Below, piece after piece: positions 36,577-48,834 of a DNA stretch of 51,259 nucleotides. Below the pieces are notes generated by a model. The model was given only the letters and a program-made list of their open reading frames with translations. It made no database searches and had not been told where the DNA came from. The stretch covers positions 1,604-52,862 of the forward strand of contig CAYGMM010000001.1 in NCBI GenBank assembly GCA_964351035.1. Reading direction: 5' to 3'. Source of the stretch: an uncultured Actinomyces sp. (GTDB lineage Bacteria > Actinomycetota > Actinomycetes > S36-B12). Within the stretch, counting starts at the first letter, position 1. Every line of letters starts with the position of its first letter. The translations under genes were made by a program, and so were the position numbers.

Positions 36577-38465
36577 TGACCGCTCTGCTCGAACGCTCAT
36601 CCGGCATCGACATCACCCCGGTCGTTCGCCTCGTCACCTGCGGCTCCGTTGATGACGGCAAGTCGACGCTCATCGGCCGACTTCTGGCCGAGACCGGCTC
36701 CATCCCGGAGGACCAGCTGGAGTACGCGCGGCGCACCCGTCGCGGCGGCTCGATGGTTCCGGTCGGCGAGATCGACTTCTCGCTCCTCACCGACGGCCTT
36801 GAGGCCGAGCGTGAGCAGGGCATCACCATCGACGTGGCCTACCGCCACATGTATCTGCCGAGCGGTCGGCGCGTCATCATCGCCGATGCGCCCGGTCACG
36901 AGCAGTACACCCGCAACATGGCCGTGGCGGCCTCCAACGCCGAGGTTGCCGTTCTCCTCGTCGATGCAGCCCGCGGGGTGCGTCCCCCGCCCTTCCGCCA
37001 TCTCACGGTGGTCGCCCTCAGGGGTGTGCGCAGCGTCATCATCGCCATCAACAAGATGGACCTCGTCGGCTACGAGCACGCGACGTATGAGGAACTGTCT
37101 GGCCAGGTCCGGGCGGCAGCGGCGCGACTCGGCCTCGATGAGGTACTGACGATCCCGGTGAGTGCCTTCGCTGGCGACAACGTCACGTCGCCGACCACGC
37201 ACATGTCCTGGTGGCATGGGCCGTCCCTGCTGCAGGCGCTGCAGGACTGGACCCCACCCGAGGGCACGTCGGAGATCCCGTTCCGGCTTCCGGTGCAGTT
37301 CATCATCCGCTCGGGTGGCAACTTCCGCGGCTACGCCGGCACCGTCGCCGGTGGCGTCGTGCGTCCGGGCGATCCGATCGTGGTGGCTGACTCCGGTCAG
37401 ACCGCTTCGGTGGAGCGCATCGTGGGCTTCTCCGGTGACATGGCCGAGGCGCGCACCGGTGATGCGGTGACCATCACGCTCGATCGTGAGGTCGACGTGA
37501 CACGCGGCGACCTACTCGCCGCGGCAGGCACCACGCCGTCGGGCGACACCGCTTGGCCGCAGCCGGCAGACCGATTCGCCGCCGACGTCGTATGGGTGGG
37601 CGAAGAGTCGCTCATGCACGGCCGCTCGTACCTATTGGCCGTCGGCCCGCGCACCGTGCCAGCGACCGTCACGGTCGTCCGTCACCGTCTCGACGTTGTC
37701 TCCGGGCAAAAACTGGCCGCGCGCGTTCTCGACATGAACGACATTGGTCGGATCGAGGTCGCCACCGACACCCCGATCCCGATGGACACCTACGCCGCAT
37801 GTCGCGATACCGGCGGATTCCTTCTCATTGATCGACTCACCGCCGACACCGTTGCCGCCGGCATGGTGACTCACTCGCTGCGTCGTTCGTTGAACGTCGT
37901 TCCGCATGAGTACGAGGTCGACCGCGCAGCACGTGCACGGTTGAAGCATCAGACGCCGCGCGTGGTCTGGCTGACCGGTCTATCCGGCTCGGGCAAGTCC
38001 ACGGTGGCCGATGCCCTCGAGCGTCGCCTGCACGGTCTCGGTATGCACACCTTCGTGCTCGACGGTGACAACGTCCGTACCGGCATCAACAAGGATCTCG
38101 GCTTCACCCCCGAGGACCGAGCCGAAAACGTCCGGCGCGTCGCGGAGGCAGCGAAGTTGATGCTGGAGGCCGGCCTCATCGTCATCGTCGCGCTCATCTC
38201 GCCGTTCCGCCAGGACCGTCGAGCTGCTCGCGAGATCTACGAGGACGGCGAGTTCCTCGAGGTGTACGTCGACACTCCGGTCGAGATGTGCGCCGAGCGC
38301 GACCCGAAGGGCCTGTACGCGAAGGCCAAGGCGGGCACCCTGCCGAACATGACCGGACTCGGTCAGGAGTACGAGCCCCCGGAGAACCCTGACGTCCATC
38401 TCGACGGCACCGCGTCCATCGAGGACAACGTCGACATCCTCGTTCAACGCCTGACGGGTGACTGA
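36576..38465 (+). CDS. cysNC: bifunctional sulfate adenylyltransferase subunit 1 (GTPase) / adenylylsulfate kinase
   Basis: GTPase G1 CGSVDDGKST, G3 DAPGHEQY, G4 NKMD. C-terminal APS kinase LTGLSGSGKST, LDGDNVR, ISPF, DPKGLY. TAATG overlap with cysD. Confidence 0.92.
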   Translation: MTALLERSSGIDITPVVRLVTCGSVDDGKSTLIGRLLAETGSIPEDQLEYARRTRRGGSMVPVGEIDFSLLTDGLEAEREQGITIDVAYRHMYLPSGRRVIIADAPGHEQYTRNMAVAASNAEVAVLLVDAARGVRPPPFRHLTVVALRGVRSVIIAINKMDLVGYEHATYEELSGQVRAAAARLGLDEVLTIPVSAFAGDNVTSPTTHMSWWHGPSLLQALQDWTPPEGTSEIPFRLPVQFIIRSGGNFRGYAGTVAGGVVRPGDPIVVADSGQTASVERIVGFSGDMAEARTGDAVTITLDREVDVTRGDLLAAAGTTPSGDTAWPQPADRFAADVVWVGEESLMHGRSYLLAVGPRTVPATVTVVRHRLDVVSGQKLAARVLDMNDIGRIEVATDTPIPMDTYAACRDTGGFLLIDRLTADTVAAGMVTHSLRRSLNVVPHEYEVDRAARARLKHQTPRVVWLTGLSGSGKSTVADALERRLHGLGMHTFVLDGDNVRTGINKDLGFTPEDRAENVRRVAEAAKLMLEAGLIVIVALISPFRQDRRAAREIYEDGEFLEVYVDTPVEMCAERDPKGLYAKAKAGTLPNMTGLGQEYEPPENPDVHLDGTASIEDNVDILVQRLTGD

Positions 38466-39575
38466 GTGTCTGCTCCTAACAAGTCCTTCGATCCGGTGAG
38501 CGTGTCGAGTCTGGAGCCCGAGGCTGTACAGGCGATGGTCGATGCGGCCATCGCCGACATTGCGGCGGCCGCCGACCTCGATGAACTCAAGGCAGCACGG
38601 CTCGCTCATGCGGGCGACCGGTCGCCGCTGGCTCTCGCCAATCGGGAGATCGGCGCGCTGCCCCCTGCGGCCAAGGCCGAGGTCGGCAAGCGAATGGGCG
38701 AGGCCCGCGGCCGGGTCAAGGCTGCGTTGGATGTCCGCACGACCGAGCTCGAGGCCGAGCGCGATGCGCGCGTGCTCGTCGAGGAAGCCGTCGATGTCAC
38801 CCTGCCTGTCGATCGCCGCACGACGGGTGCCCGCCACCCGTTGACGACGTTGATGGAGCGCATGTCGGATGTCTTCATCGCTATGGGCTACGAGGTGGCC
38901 GAAGGGCCCGAGGCCGAAGCCGAGTGGTTCAACTTCGATGCCCTGAATGTCCCTCCGGACCATCCGGCCCGCACGATGCAGGACACCTTCTTTGTGGGCA
39001 GTGAGGACAGCGGCGTCGTCCTGCGCACGCAGACCTCGCCCATTCAGCTGCGTGCCATGTTGGAACGCGAGTTGCCCATCTACGTCGTGGCACCGGGTCG
39101 GGTCTTCCGGACCGACGAACTCGACGCCACCCACACGCCGGTCTTCCACCAGATCGAAGGGCTGGCGATCGACGAGGGCATCACGATGGCTGATCTCAAG
39201 GGCACCCTCGAGCACCTGGCAACGGCGATGTTCGGGGAGGGCGTGCGGGTCCGTCTGCGCCCGTCGTACTTCCCCTTCACCGAGCCGAGCGCCGAGATGG
39301 ACCTGGAGTGTTTCGTCTGTCGCGGTGCGTCCGTGGGCGACCCTGCCCGGCCCTGTCGCACCTGCTCGAGCGAGGGCTGGATCGAGTGGGGCGGCTGCGG
39401 CATGGTCAACCCGCGGGTGTTGCGCGCCGCCGGCATCGACACGTCGCGCTACTCCGGATTCGCCTTTGGCATGGGAGTTGAGCGCACACTGATGTTCCGC
39501 CACGGCGTCACCGACATGCGCGACATGGTCGAGGGTGACGCGCGCTTCACGGCGGCATTCGGAATCGAGGTCTGA
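38466..39575 (+). CDS. pheS: phenylalanine-tRNA ligase alpha subunit
   Basis: HPARTMQDTFF, FRTDELDATHTPVFHQIEG, GFAFGMGVER. GTG 38466 is the base immediately after the cysNC TGA. Confidence 0.93.
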   Translation: MSAPNKSFDPVSVSSLEPEAVQAMVDAAIADIAAAADLDELKAARLAHAGDRSPLALANREIGALPPAAKAEVGKRMGEARGRVKAALDVRTTELEAERDARVLVEEAVDVTLPVDRRTTGARHPLTTLMERMSDVFIAMGYEVAEGPEAEAEWFNFDALNVPPDHPARTMQDTFFVGSEDSGVVLRTQTSPIQLRAMLERELPIYVVAPGRVFRTDELDATHTPVFHQIEGLAIDEGITMADLKGTLEHLATAMFGEGVRVRLRPSYFPFTEPSAEMDLECFVCRGASVGDPARPCRTCSSEGWIEWGGCGMVNPRVLRAAGIDTSRYSGFAFGMGVERTLMFRHGVTDMRDMVEGDARFTAAFGIEV

Positions 39576-42070
39576 TGCGGATTCCCGTTTCCTGGCTGCG
39601 CGAGATGGTCGCGCTGCCGGTCGAGGTGAGCGGCCGCGAAATTGCCGAACGCATCACTAACGCCGGCCTCGAGGTCGAGTCGGTCGAGACCCTCGGCGGT
39701 GGTACGAGTGGTCCGCTCATCGTGGGTCGAGTCGAGTCCATCGAGGAGTTGACCGAGTTCAAGAAGCCCATTCGCTACTGCCAGGTCGACGTCGGACCCG
39801 AGCACGGGGGAGTGCGGGGCATCGTCTGCGGTGCGCGCAACTTCAGCCCGGGGGATCTCGTCGTCGTGGCCCTTCCAGGCGCCGTGCTCCCGGGTGATTT
39901 CACCATTAGCGCACGCAAGACCTATGGCCATGTGTCCGACGGCATGATCTGCAGCGAGCGCGAGCTCGGACTCGGCGAGGACCACAGCGGCATCATGGTG
40001 CTCGAGGCCGGCCAGGTCGGCGATGACGCGGCGGCGGCCATTGGTCTCGGTGAAGAGATTCTCGACATCGCTGTGACGCCGGACCGCGGATATGCCCTGA
40101 GCGTCCGCGGCGTTGCCCGCGAAGTCGCGTCTCTCTTCGGATTGCCCTTCGATGATCCCGGGCAGACCCTGGCCCCCCTGCCAGCGCCGTCCGATGCTGC
40201 TGCGCCCTGGCCCTGCTCGGTCGACGACCCCACCATGTGCGAGATGTTCACCCTGCGTCGCATCACCGGTTTCAATCCGGCGGCGCCGACACCGGAGTGG
40301 ATGAAGCGTCGACTTTCCGCCTGTGGCATGCGTCCGGTGTCTCTCGCCGTTGACATCACCAACTACGTCATGCTCGAACTCGGTCAGCCGCTCCATGCCT
40401 TCGACGGCGCCAAGTTGCTCGGTGCCGTCCGACCGGGACGCGCCGGCGATGACTCCGACTTCGAAACTCTCGACCATGTACGCCGCACGCTGGATTCCAG
40501 CGATGTCGTGATTCGCGATGACACCGGCGTCATCGGCCTCGCGGGGACGATGGGCGGACTGAATTCCGAGATTGATGATGAGTCCACCGACATCGTTCTC
40601 GAGGCGGCGTGGTTCGTGCCGGAGGAGGTCGCGCGCACTGCGCGTCGTCACAAGCTATCGAGCGAGGCGTCACGGCGTTTCGAACGCGGTGTCGATCGCG
40701 TCCTTGCGCCCTACGCCTCGGCGCGCGCCGCGGCGCTGCTCCTTGAATTTGGCGGGGGAACCTACGACGGCATGACCGCCTGGGAGGCGCCGTACACCTC
40801 GGTCGACATCGCCATGTCCGCCGACCTCCCGGGGCGCACCGCCGGGATGGACATCGACCGCGAGACGACGGTCGACCTGCTCGAACGCGTGGGTTGCACC
40901 GTTGCTGGCGAGGCGGATCTCACCGTGCGGGCCCCCTCCTGGCGTCCGGACCTGACGGACCCGGCCGACCTCGTCGAAGAGGTCGTGCGTCTCGTGGGCT
41001 ACGACGCGCTGCCCTCGCGCCTGCCGATGGCGCCGGCCGGCTATGGACTGACCCGGAACCAGCGCATGCGCCGCCGACTCGGCTACGCGCTCGCCGGCCT
41101 GGGCGTCGAGGAGATCTTGAGTTACCCGTTCGTCGGTGCTGCCGAACTCGACGGGCTCGGTCTATCCGAGGACGACCCGCGGCGCCGCGGCCCTTTGCTC
41201 GCCAACCCGCTCTCCGATGAACAACCGATGCTGCGGACGACGATGCTGCCGGGCCTTTTCGCCGCTCTACGGCGCAACATAGCTCGCGGCAATGTCGATC
41301 TGGCTCTCGGCGAACTTGGTCGCGTGTTCACACTTCGCGACGGGCAGTCACCGACCGGAATCACTGATCCGCCCCGCCCCGGTGTGGCCGATCGGCCGAG
41401 TGAAGATCATCTGCAGGCGCTCCATGACCTCCTGCCCGATCAGCCGACACATCTCGGTGTCGTGCTCGCCGGCAACCGTGAGCGCGCGGGCTGGTGGGGC
41501 CCGGGGCGTGCTGCCGACTGGGCGGATGCCGTGGAGATCGCCGTGGCCGTCGCAGGCGTGCTCGGCGTTGAGCTCTTGGTCGAGCAGGCCGAGGAGGCTC
41601 CCTTCCACCCGGGTCGCACGGCGCGGTTGTCCGCTGGCGAGGTCGTCGTCGGGTTCGCGGGGGAGTTGCACCCGCGGGTCGTTGCCGCGCTGGACCTGCC
41701 GGCCCGCACCTGTGCGCTGGAACTCGACGTCGATGCGCTGCTGTCCGTGGCGGCCGATGTCGCGCCCGCACCGGAGGTGGGCACTCAGCCCATCGCGAAG
41801 GAGGATCTCGCGCTCGTCGTCGATGCGGCGGTTCCCGCGGGCGCCGTCGAGCAGGCGCTGCGTGATGGTGCCGGTGACCTCCTCGAGGATGTCCGACTCT
41901 TCGACGTCTATGTGGGCCCCCAGGTGCCGCAGGGATCCCGTTCGCTGGCGTTCGCCCTTCGGCTGCGCGCACCGGATCGCACCCTGTCGGCCGACGACAT
42001 CGCCGCGGTGCGCGCGGCTGCGGTCGCCGAGGCAGCGGCCCGACACGGCGCCACACTCCGCGGCACGTAG
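39575..42070 (+). CDS. pheT: phenylalanine-tRNA ligase beta subunit
   Basis: MRIPVSWLRE. 831 aa with tRNA-binding, B3/4, B5 and FDX-ACB domain order. TGATG overlap with pheS. Confidence 0.95.
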   Translation: MRIPVSWLREMVALPVEVSGREIAERITNAGLEVESVETLGGGTSGPLIVGRVESIEELTEFKKPIRYCQVDVGPEHGGVRGIVCGARNFSPGDLVVVALPGAVLPGDFTISARKTYGHVSDGMICSERELGLGEDHSGIMVLEAGQVGDDAAAAIGLGEEILDIAVTPDRGYALSVRGVAREVASLFGLPFDDPGQTLAPLPAPSDAAAPWPCSVDDPTMCEMFTLRRITGFNPAAPTPEWMKRRLSACGMRPVSLAVDITNYVMLELGQPLHAFDGAKLLGAVRPGRAGDDSDFETLDHVRRTLDSSDVVIRDDTGVIGLAGTMGGLNSEIDDESTDIVLEAAWFVPEEVARTARRHKLSSEASRRFERGVDRVLAPYASARAAALLLEFGGGTYDGMTAWEAPYTSVDIAMSADLPGRTAGMDIDRETTVDLLERVGCTVAGEADLTVRAPSWRPDLTDPADLVEEVVRLVGYDALPSRLPMAPAGYGLTRNQRMRRRLGYALAGLGVEEILSYPFVGAAELDGLGLSEDDPRRRGPLLANPLSDEQPMLRTTMLPGLFAALRRNIARGNVDLALGELGRVFTLRDGQSPTGITDPPRPGVADRPSEDHLQALHDLLPDQPTHLGVVLAGNRERAGWWGPGRAADWADAVEIAVAVAGVLGVELLVEQAEEAPFHPGRTARLSAGEVVVGFAGELHPRVVAALDLPARTCALELDVDALLSVAADVAPAPEVGTQPIAKEDLALVVDAAVPAGAVEQALRDGAGDLLEDVRLFDVYVGPQVPQGSRSLAFALRLRAPDRTLSADDIAAVRAAAVAEAAARHGATLRGT

Positions 42071-42075
42071 CCTCG

Positions 42076-42151
42076 CAAAGATGGTCCGCGCCTGACACGA
42101 CCCGTGGCGTTCTTTGGGTGGATTGCGCCACCCGGTGACCACTTTTCACCC
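42076..42151. repeat. degenerate member (R5) of the palindromic element family, just after the pheT stop
   Basis: caaagatggtcc ... ggtgaccacttttcaccc recalls the gggaaatggtcg / cgaccatttccc cores. Internal perfect hairpin gggtgg-attgcg-ccaccc. Confidence 0.35.
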
Positions 42152-42208
42152 GAAGAATGAGGGTCCTCGTGCCACCGGGCAGTCGTCGGTCGGTCACGGG
42201 GGACACCC

Positions 42209-42228
42209 GTATGCGAGTATGCGTATAC
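42209..42228. promoter_or_regulatory. putative ArgR operator (ARG box) overlapping a TATACT -10 for a leaderless argC
   Basis: gtatgcgagtatgcgtatac is an imperfect 20-bp palindrome (14 of 20 positions self-complementary) with TATGC half-sites. TATACT 42224-42229 ends 7 nt before ATG 42236, and no SD is present. Confidence 0.5.
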
Positions 42229-42235
42229 TTCGGCC

Positions 42236-43264
42236 ATGACATTGACGGCGGCGGTAGCGGGCGCCTCGGGCTATGCCGGGGGCGAGTTGCTCCGGCTGCT
42301 CCTCGGTCACGGGTCCATCGAAATTGGACCGGTGGCCGGTGGCAGCAAGGCGGGCCAGACCCTCGGCGAGGTCCACCCGCAACTGCCCGAACTCGCCAGC
42401 ACCCGGCTCGTCGCGACAGATCCGGACGTGCTGAGCACGGCCGACATCGTCTTCCTCGCGCTGCCGCACGGTCAGTCCGCCGCCATCGCGCGGGCTCTTC
42501 CGGTCGATCAGCCGGTGGTGGACCTCGGGGCGGACTTCCGACTCGGTGACGAGGGCGCGTGGAAGGCCTTCTACAACGACTCGTACGCCGGGCACTGGCT
42601 GTACGGCCTGCCCGAACTCCCCGGAGCGCGCGCGCAGATCGCCGAGGCGACCCGGGTGGCCAACCCGGGGTGCTACCCAACATCGGTGGCGGTCGCGATG
42701 GCGCCGCTCCTCGCCGAGGGTCTCGTGGGTGACCTGGTCACGGTTGTCGCAGCGAGCGGGACGTCGGGGGCAGGTCGCAGTCCGAGCGAGACATTGCTGG
42801 CCTCACAGGTGATGGGCAGCATGTCGCCGTACAAGGTGGGCGGCACGCATCAGCACACTCCGGAGATGGAGCAGACGCTGTCGCACGCGGCGGGCCGCGA
42901 CATTGCGGTGTCGTTTACACCGCTGCTCGCGCCGATGCCGCGCGGCATCCTGGCCACCTGTTCGGTCGATCTGGCCGAGGGTGTGACGACGGAGGACCTA
43001 CGCGAGTGCCTGCATGCGTCGTACGCCGCGGAGCGGTTCGTGACGGTGCTGCCCGATGGGCGGTGGCCGCAGACGTCGTCCACGGTCGGTGGCAACAGCG
43101 TCCACCTGCAGGCAGCGGCGGACGCTCGCACCGAACGAGCCATCGTGGTCGCGGCCCTCGACAACCTGGTCAAGGGAGCCGCCGGTCAAGCCCTGCAGAA
43201 CGCCAACCTGATGCTCGGCCTCCCGGAGGATGCCGGACTCACCGACACCGGAGTAGCCCCATGA
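42236..43264 (+). CDS. argC: N-acetyl-gamma-glutamyl-phosphate reductase
   Basis: VAGASGYAGGELLRLL, ANPGCYPT (active-site Cys). Confidence 0.93.
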   Translation: MTLTAAVAGASGYAGGELLRLLLGHGSIEIGPVAGGSKAGQTLGEVHPQLPELASTRLVATDPDVLSTADIVFLALPHGQSAAIARALPVDQPVVDLGADFRLGDEGAWKAFYNDSYAGHWLYGLPELPGARAQIAEATRVANPGCYPTSVAVAMAPLLAEGLVGDLVTVVAASGTSGAGRSPSETLLASQVMGSMSPYKVGGTHQHTPEMEQTLSHAAGRDIAVSFTPLLAPMPRGILATCSVDLAEGVTTEDLRECLHASYAAERFVTVLPDGRWPQTSSTVGGNSVHLQAAADARTERAIVVAALDNLVKGAAGQALQNANLMLGLPEDAGLTDTGVAP

Positions 43265-44427
43265 GCGTGACCGCGGTGAAGGGCTTTCGCGCCAGTGGCG
43301 TGACAGCTGGCATCAAGGCCAGTGGCCGACCCGACGTCGCCCTAGTCGTCAATGACGGTCCGCTGCAGTCGGCGGCCGCGGTCTTCACTGCCAACCGCTT
43401 CCCGGCCGCGCCGGTCATCTGGTCGCGGCAGGTGATCCTCGACGGTGAACTGCACGCGGTGATCCTCAATTCCGGTGGGGCTAACGCCTGCACCGGGCCG
43501 GAGGGCTTCGCTGACACGCACGCCACGGCCGAGTACGTCGCGGAGATCATCTCGGCGGCAGGGCGCGAGACCGGCGCCGGTGAGATTGCGGTGTGCTCCA
43601 CCGGTCTGATCGGTGAGCGACTCCCCATGGATCTCTTGCTGGCGGGGTGTGACGCCGCCTGGGCGTCGGTATCGACCGATGGTGGCGCCGCGGCAGCCGA
43701 GGCGATCATGACGACCGACACCGTTTCGAAGATGAGCGTGGCCTCGTCACGTGGTGCCACCGTCGGCGGTATGGCCAAGGGTGCGGGCATGCTGGCGCCG
43801 GGTCTCGCGACGATGCTCGTCGTACTCACCACGGACGCCGTGGCCGAGCCGGCACTTCTTGATCGTGTTCTGCGCCAGGCGACCCGCGTGACCTTCGATC
43901 GCATCGACTCTGACGGGTGCATGTCGACCAACGACACGGTCATCCTGATGGCAAGTGGTGCAAGTGAGGTCACGGTGAGTGAGGACGAGTTGGCGGCCCT
44001 GGTCACCAGCGTGTGCGCCGACCTGGCCTTCCAGCTGATCCACGATGCCGAGGGTGCGAGCAAGGACATCCGCATCGACGTGCGTCACGCGGCGAATGAC
44101 GACGAAGCGGTCGACGTGGCGCGCACCATCTCCCGGAGCAATCTGCTCAAGTGCGCCATCCACGGCGAGGATCCCAACTGGGGCAGAGTCCTGTCCGCGC
44201 TCGGTACGACGACGGCAACGTTCGAGTCCGATGCGGTCGACGTGGCGATCAATGGCGTCTGGGTGTGTCGCGGAGGCGCTGCCGGTGACAGCAGAGAGGG
44301 AGTCGACATGTCCGGCCGTGAAGTGGTGATCACCGTCGACCTGGACGCGGGTGAGGCTGGAGCGACGCTGTGGACTAACGACCTCACCGCAGACTACGTC
44401 CACGAGAATTCGGCGTACTCGACATGA
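43261..44427 (+). CDS. argJ: bifunctional ornithine acetyltransferase / N-acetylglutamate synthase
   Basis: [19 protein letters not shown] and the autoprocessing site [16 protein letters not shown] overlap with argC. Confidence 0.93.
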   Translation: MSVTAVKGFRASGVTAGIKASGRPDVALVVNDGPLQSAAAVFTANRFPAAPVIWSRQVILDGELHAVILNSGGANACTGPEGFADTHATAEYVAEIISAAGRETGAGEIAVCSTGLIGERLPMDLLLAGCDAAWASVSTDGGAAAAEAIMTTDTVSKMSVASSRGATVGGMAKGAGMLAPGLATMLVVLTTDAVAEPALLDRVLRQATRVTFDRIDSDGCMSTNDTVILMASGASEVTVSEDELAALVTSVCADLAFQLIHDAEGASKDIRIDVRHAANDDEAVDVARTISRSNLLKCAIHGEDPNWGRVLSALGTTTATFESDAVDVAINGVWVCRGGAAGDSREGVDMSGREVVITVDLDAGEAGATLWTNDLTADYVHENSAYST

Positions 44428-45308
44428 GTGCCGCGCAGGAGAAGGCCGCCATCCTCGCCGAGGCGCTGCCCTGGCTGCAACGCTTCCACGGCGCCACCGT
44501 CGTGGTCAAGTACGGCGGCAACGCCATGACCGACGAGTCCTTGAAGCGGGCCTTCGCCGAAGACATCGTCTTTCTCCGCCTGGCCGGGCTGCGCCCCGTG
44601 GTCGTCCATGGTGGAGGCCCGCAGATCTCGGCGATGCTCGATCGGGTCGGCGTCAGCAGTGAGTTCCGCGGAGGGTTGCGGGTCACGACGCCGGAGGCCA
44701 TGGAGGTCGTGCGCATGGTGCTCACCGGGCAGGTGCAGCGCGAGATCGTCACCCTCATCAACGCGCATGGTCCGTACGCCGTGGGACTGTCGGGAGAGGA
44801 CGCCCACCTATTCCTCGCCGAGAAGCGCGGCACCGTCGTCGACGGGGAGGCGGTTGATCTCGGTCTTGTCGGTGACGTTGTGGAGGTGCGCCCCGACTTT
44901 GTCACCGACCTCCTTGATGACGGCCTCATTCCGGTCGTGTCTACGGTGGCTCCCGACGTTGACGGAATCGTGCACAACGTCAACGCCGACACTGCCGCGG
45001 CCGCACTCGCGGAGGCGCTCGGTGCGGAGAAACTCGTCGTACTCACCGATGTGGCCGGTCTGTACGCCGACTGGCCGGCTAGTTCCGATGTCATTGCCAC
45101 CATCAGCGCCACCGAGTTACGTCGGCTCCTGCCATCGCTGGAGTCGGGCATGGTTCCCAAGATGGAGGCCTGTCTGCGTGCAGTCGACGGCGGCGTCCCG
45201 CGCGCCCACGTCATCGACGGTCGGGTCCCGCATGGACTCCTCGTCGAGGTGTTCACCGACTCCGGCGTCGGCACCATGGTTCTTCCTGATGAGATGAGTT
45301 CGCCGTGA
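44424..45308 (+). CDS. argB: acetylglutamate kinase
   Basis: [27 protein letters not shown]. Confidence 0.93.
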   Translation: MSAAQEKAAILAEALPWLQRFHGATVVVKYGGNAMTDESLKRAFAEDIVFLRLAGLRPVVVHGGGPQISAMLDRVGVSSEFRGGLRVTTPEAMEVVRMVLTGQVQREIVTLINAHGPYAVGLSGEDAHLFLAEKRGTVVDGEAVDLGLVGDVVEVRPDFVTDLLDDGLIPVVSTVAPDVDGIVHNVNADTAAAALAEALGAEKLVVLTDVAGLYADWPASSDVIATISATELRRLLPSLESGMVPKMEACLRAVDGGVPRAHVIDGRVPHGLLVEVFTDSGVGTMVLPDEMSSP

Positions 45309-46491
45309 GCGTCGACACCATGACGACCGCGCAATGGCGAGAGCGCTGGCAGGGCGCGCTCATGGACAACTACGGCACGCCCGCAATGGCGCTCGTGCGA
45401 GGTTCCGGCGCCCGAGTGTGGGACGCCGACGGCCGGGAGTACGTCGACCTACTGGCCGGCATTGCGGTCAACGCGCTGGGCCACGCGCATCCGGCGCTCG
45501 TCGCGGCGGTGAGCGAGCAACTCGCCACCATCGGACACACGAGCAACCTCGCGATCACGCCACCCGCGATCGAACTCGCGGAGCTACTGCTGTCCCTCCT
45601 CGATCCGGCTGCCGAGCGCGACGGCCGGGTGTTCTTCTGCAACTCCGGTGCCGAGGCCAACGAAGCAGCCTTCAAGGTGGCGCGCCGGACCGGGCGTCCT
45701 CGCGTCGTTGTCGCCGAGCGTTCCTTCCACGGACGCACGATGGGCTCACTCGCCCTCACCGCACAGCCGGCGAAGCAGGATCCCTTCCGGCCGCTGCCCG
45801 GTGAGGTGTCGGTGGTCCCGTACGGCGATGTGACCGCACTCGAGGCTGCCCTCGGCCCAGACGTGGCCGCGGTCTTCCTGGAACCGGTCCAGGGTGAAGG
45901 TGGTGTCATCCCTGCGCCGGCCGGCTATCTACGGTCCGCACGGGAAGCATGCACGCGGCATGGCGCGCTGCTCATCCTCGATGAGGTCCAGACCGGCATC
46001 GCTCGCACCGGCCGGTGGTTCGCCCACGACTCGTCGGTAGCGCCCGATGTGGTGACCCTGGCAAAGGGCTTGGGTGGTGGCCTCCCCATCGGGGCATGCG
46101 TTGCCTTTGGTCCGGCCGCTGAGCTCCTTGGACCCGGGTCGCACGGGTCGACGTTCGGCGGCAACCCGGCGAGTTGCGCGGCGGCACTCGCGGTGCTGCG
46201 CACCATCACCGAGGAGGGGTTGCTCGACCGCGTGCCCGTGGTGGCCGAGCGACTGCGGGGGATCGTGGAGCAGACCGCACTCGTCGACCATGTGCGCGGG
46301 GAGGGCCTGCTACTCGGAGTCGTGCTCACCGAGGGACGCGCGGCAGAGGTCGAGGCCGCCTGCCGCGCCGAGGGTCTGATCGTCAACGCCGTCGCACCCG
46401 ACGTTGTGCGCATGGCGCCCCCCCTGGTGATCACCGACGAAGACCTCGAGGTCGTTGCGCAGCGGTGGCCGCGCGCCATGGAGCACCTCGC

Positions 46492-46495
<4 letters not shown>
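45305..46495 (+). CDS. argD: acetylornithine aminotransferase
   Basis: [37 protein letters not shown] (PLP Lys). GTGA overlap with argB. Confidence 0.92.

Positions 46496-48830
<2,335 letters not shown>

Positions 48831-48834
<4 letters not shown>

Noticed and set aside
38440-38470. T-box or attenuator leaders for pheS and tyrS, and an FMN riboswitch for the rib genes
   Set aside because: There is no space for them. pheS starts on the base after the cysNC stop. tyrS starts 4 nt after the mpg stop (49442/49447). ribD shares a base with the rpe stop (26243).
37980-39503. 507-aa minus-strand ORF antisense to cysNC and pheS
   Set aside because: A shadow ORF in GC-rich DNA. No motifs, and both sense genes show complete catalytic signatures.
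41361-42683. 440-aa minus-strand ORF spanning the pheT 3' end, the intergenic repeat and the argC 5' end
   Set aside because: It is extremely Arg/Pro-rich low-complexity sequence. It crosses an intergenic region with promoter and repeat features and is antisense to two well-supported genes.
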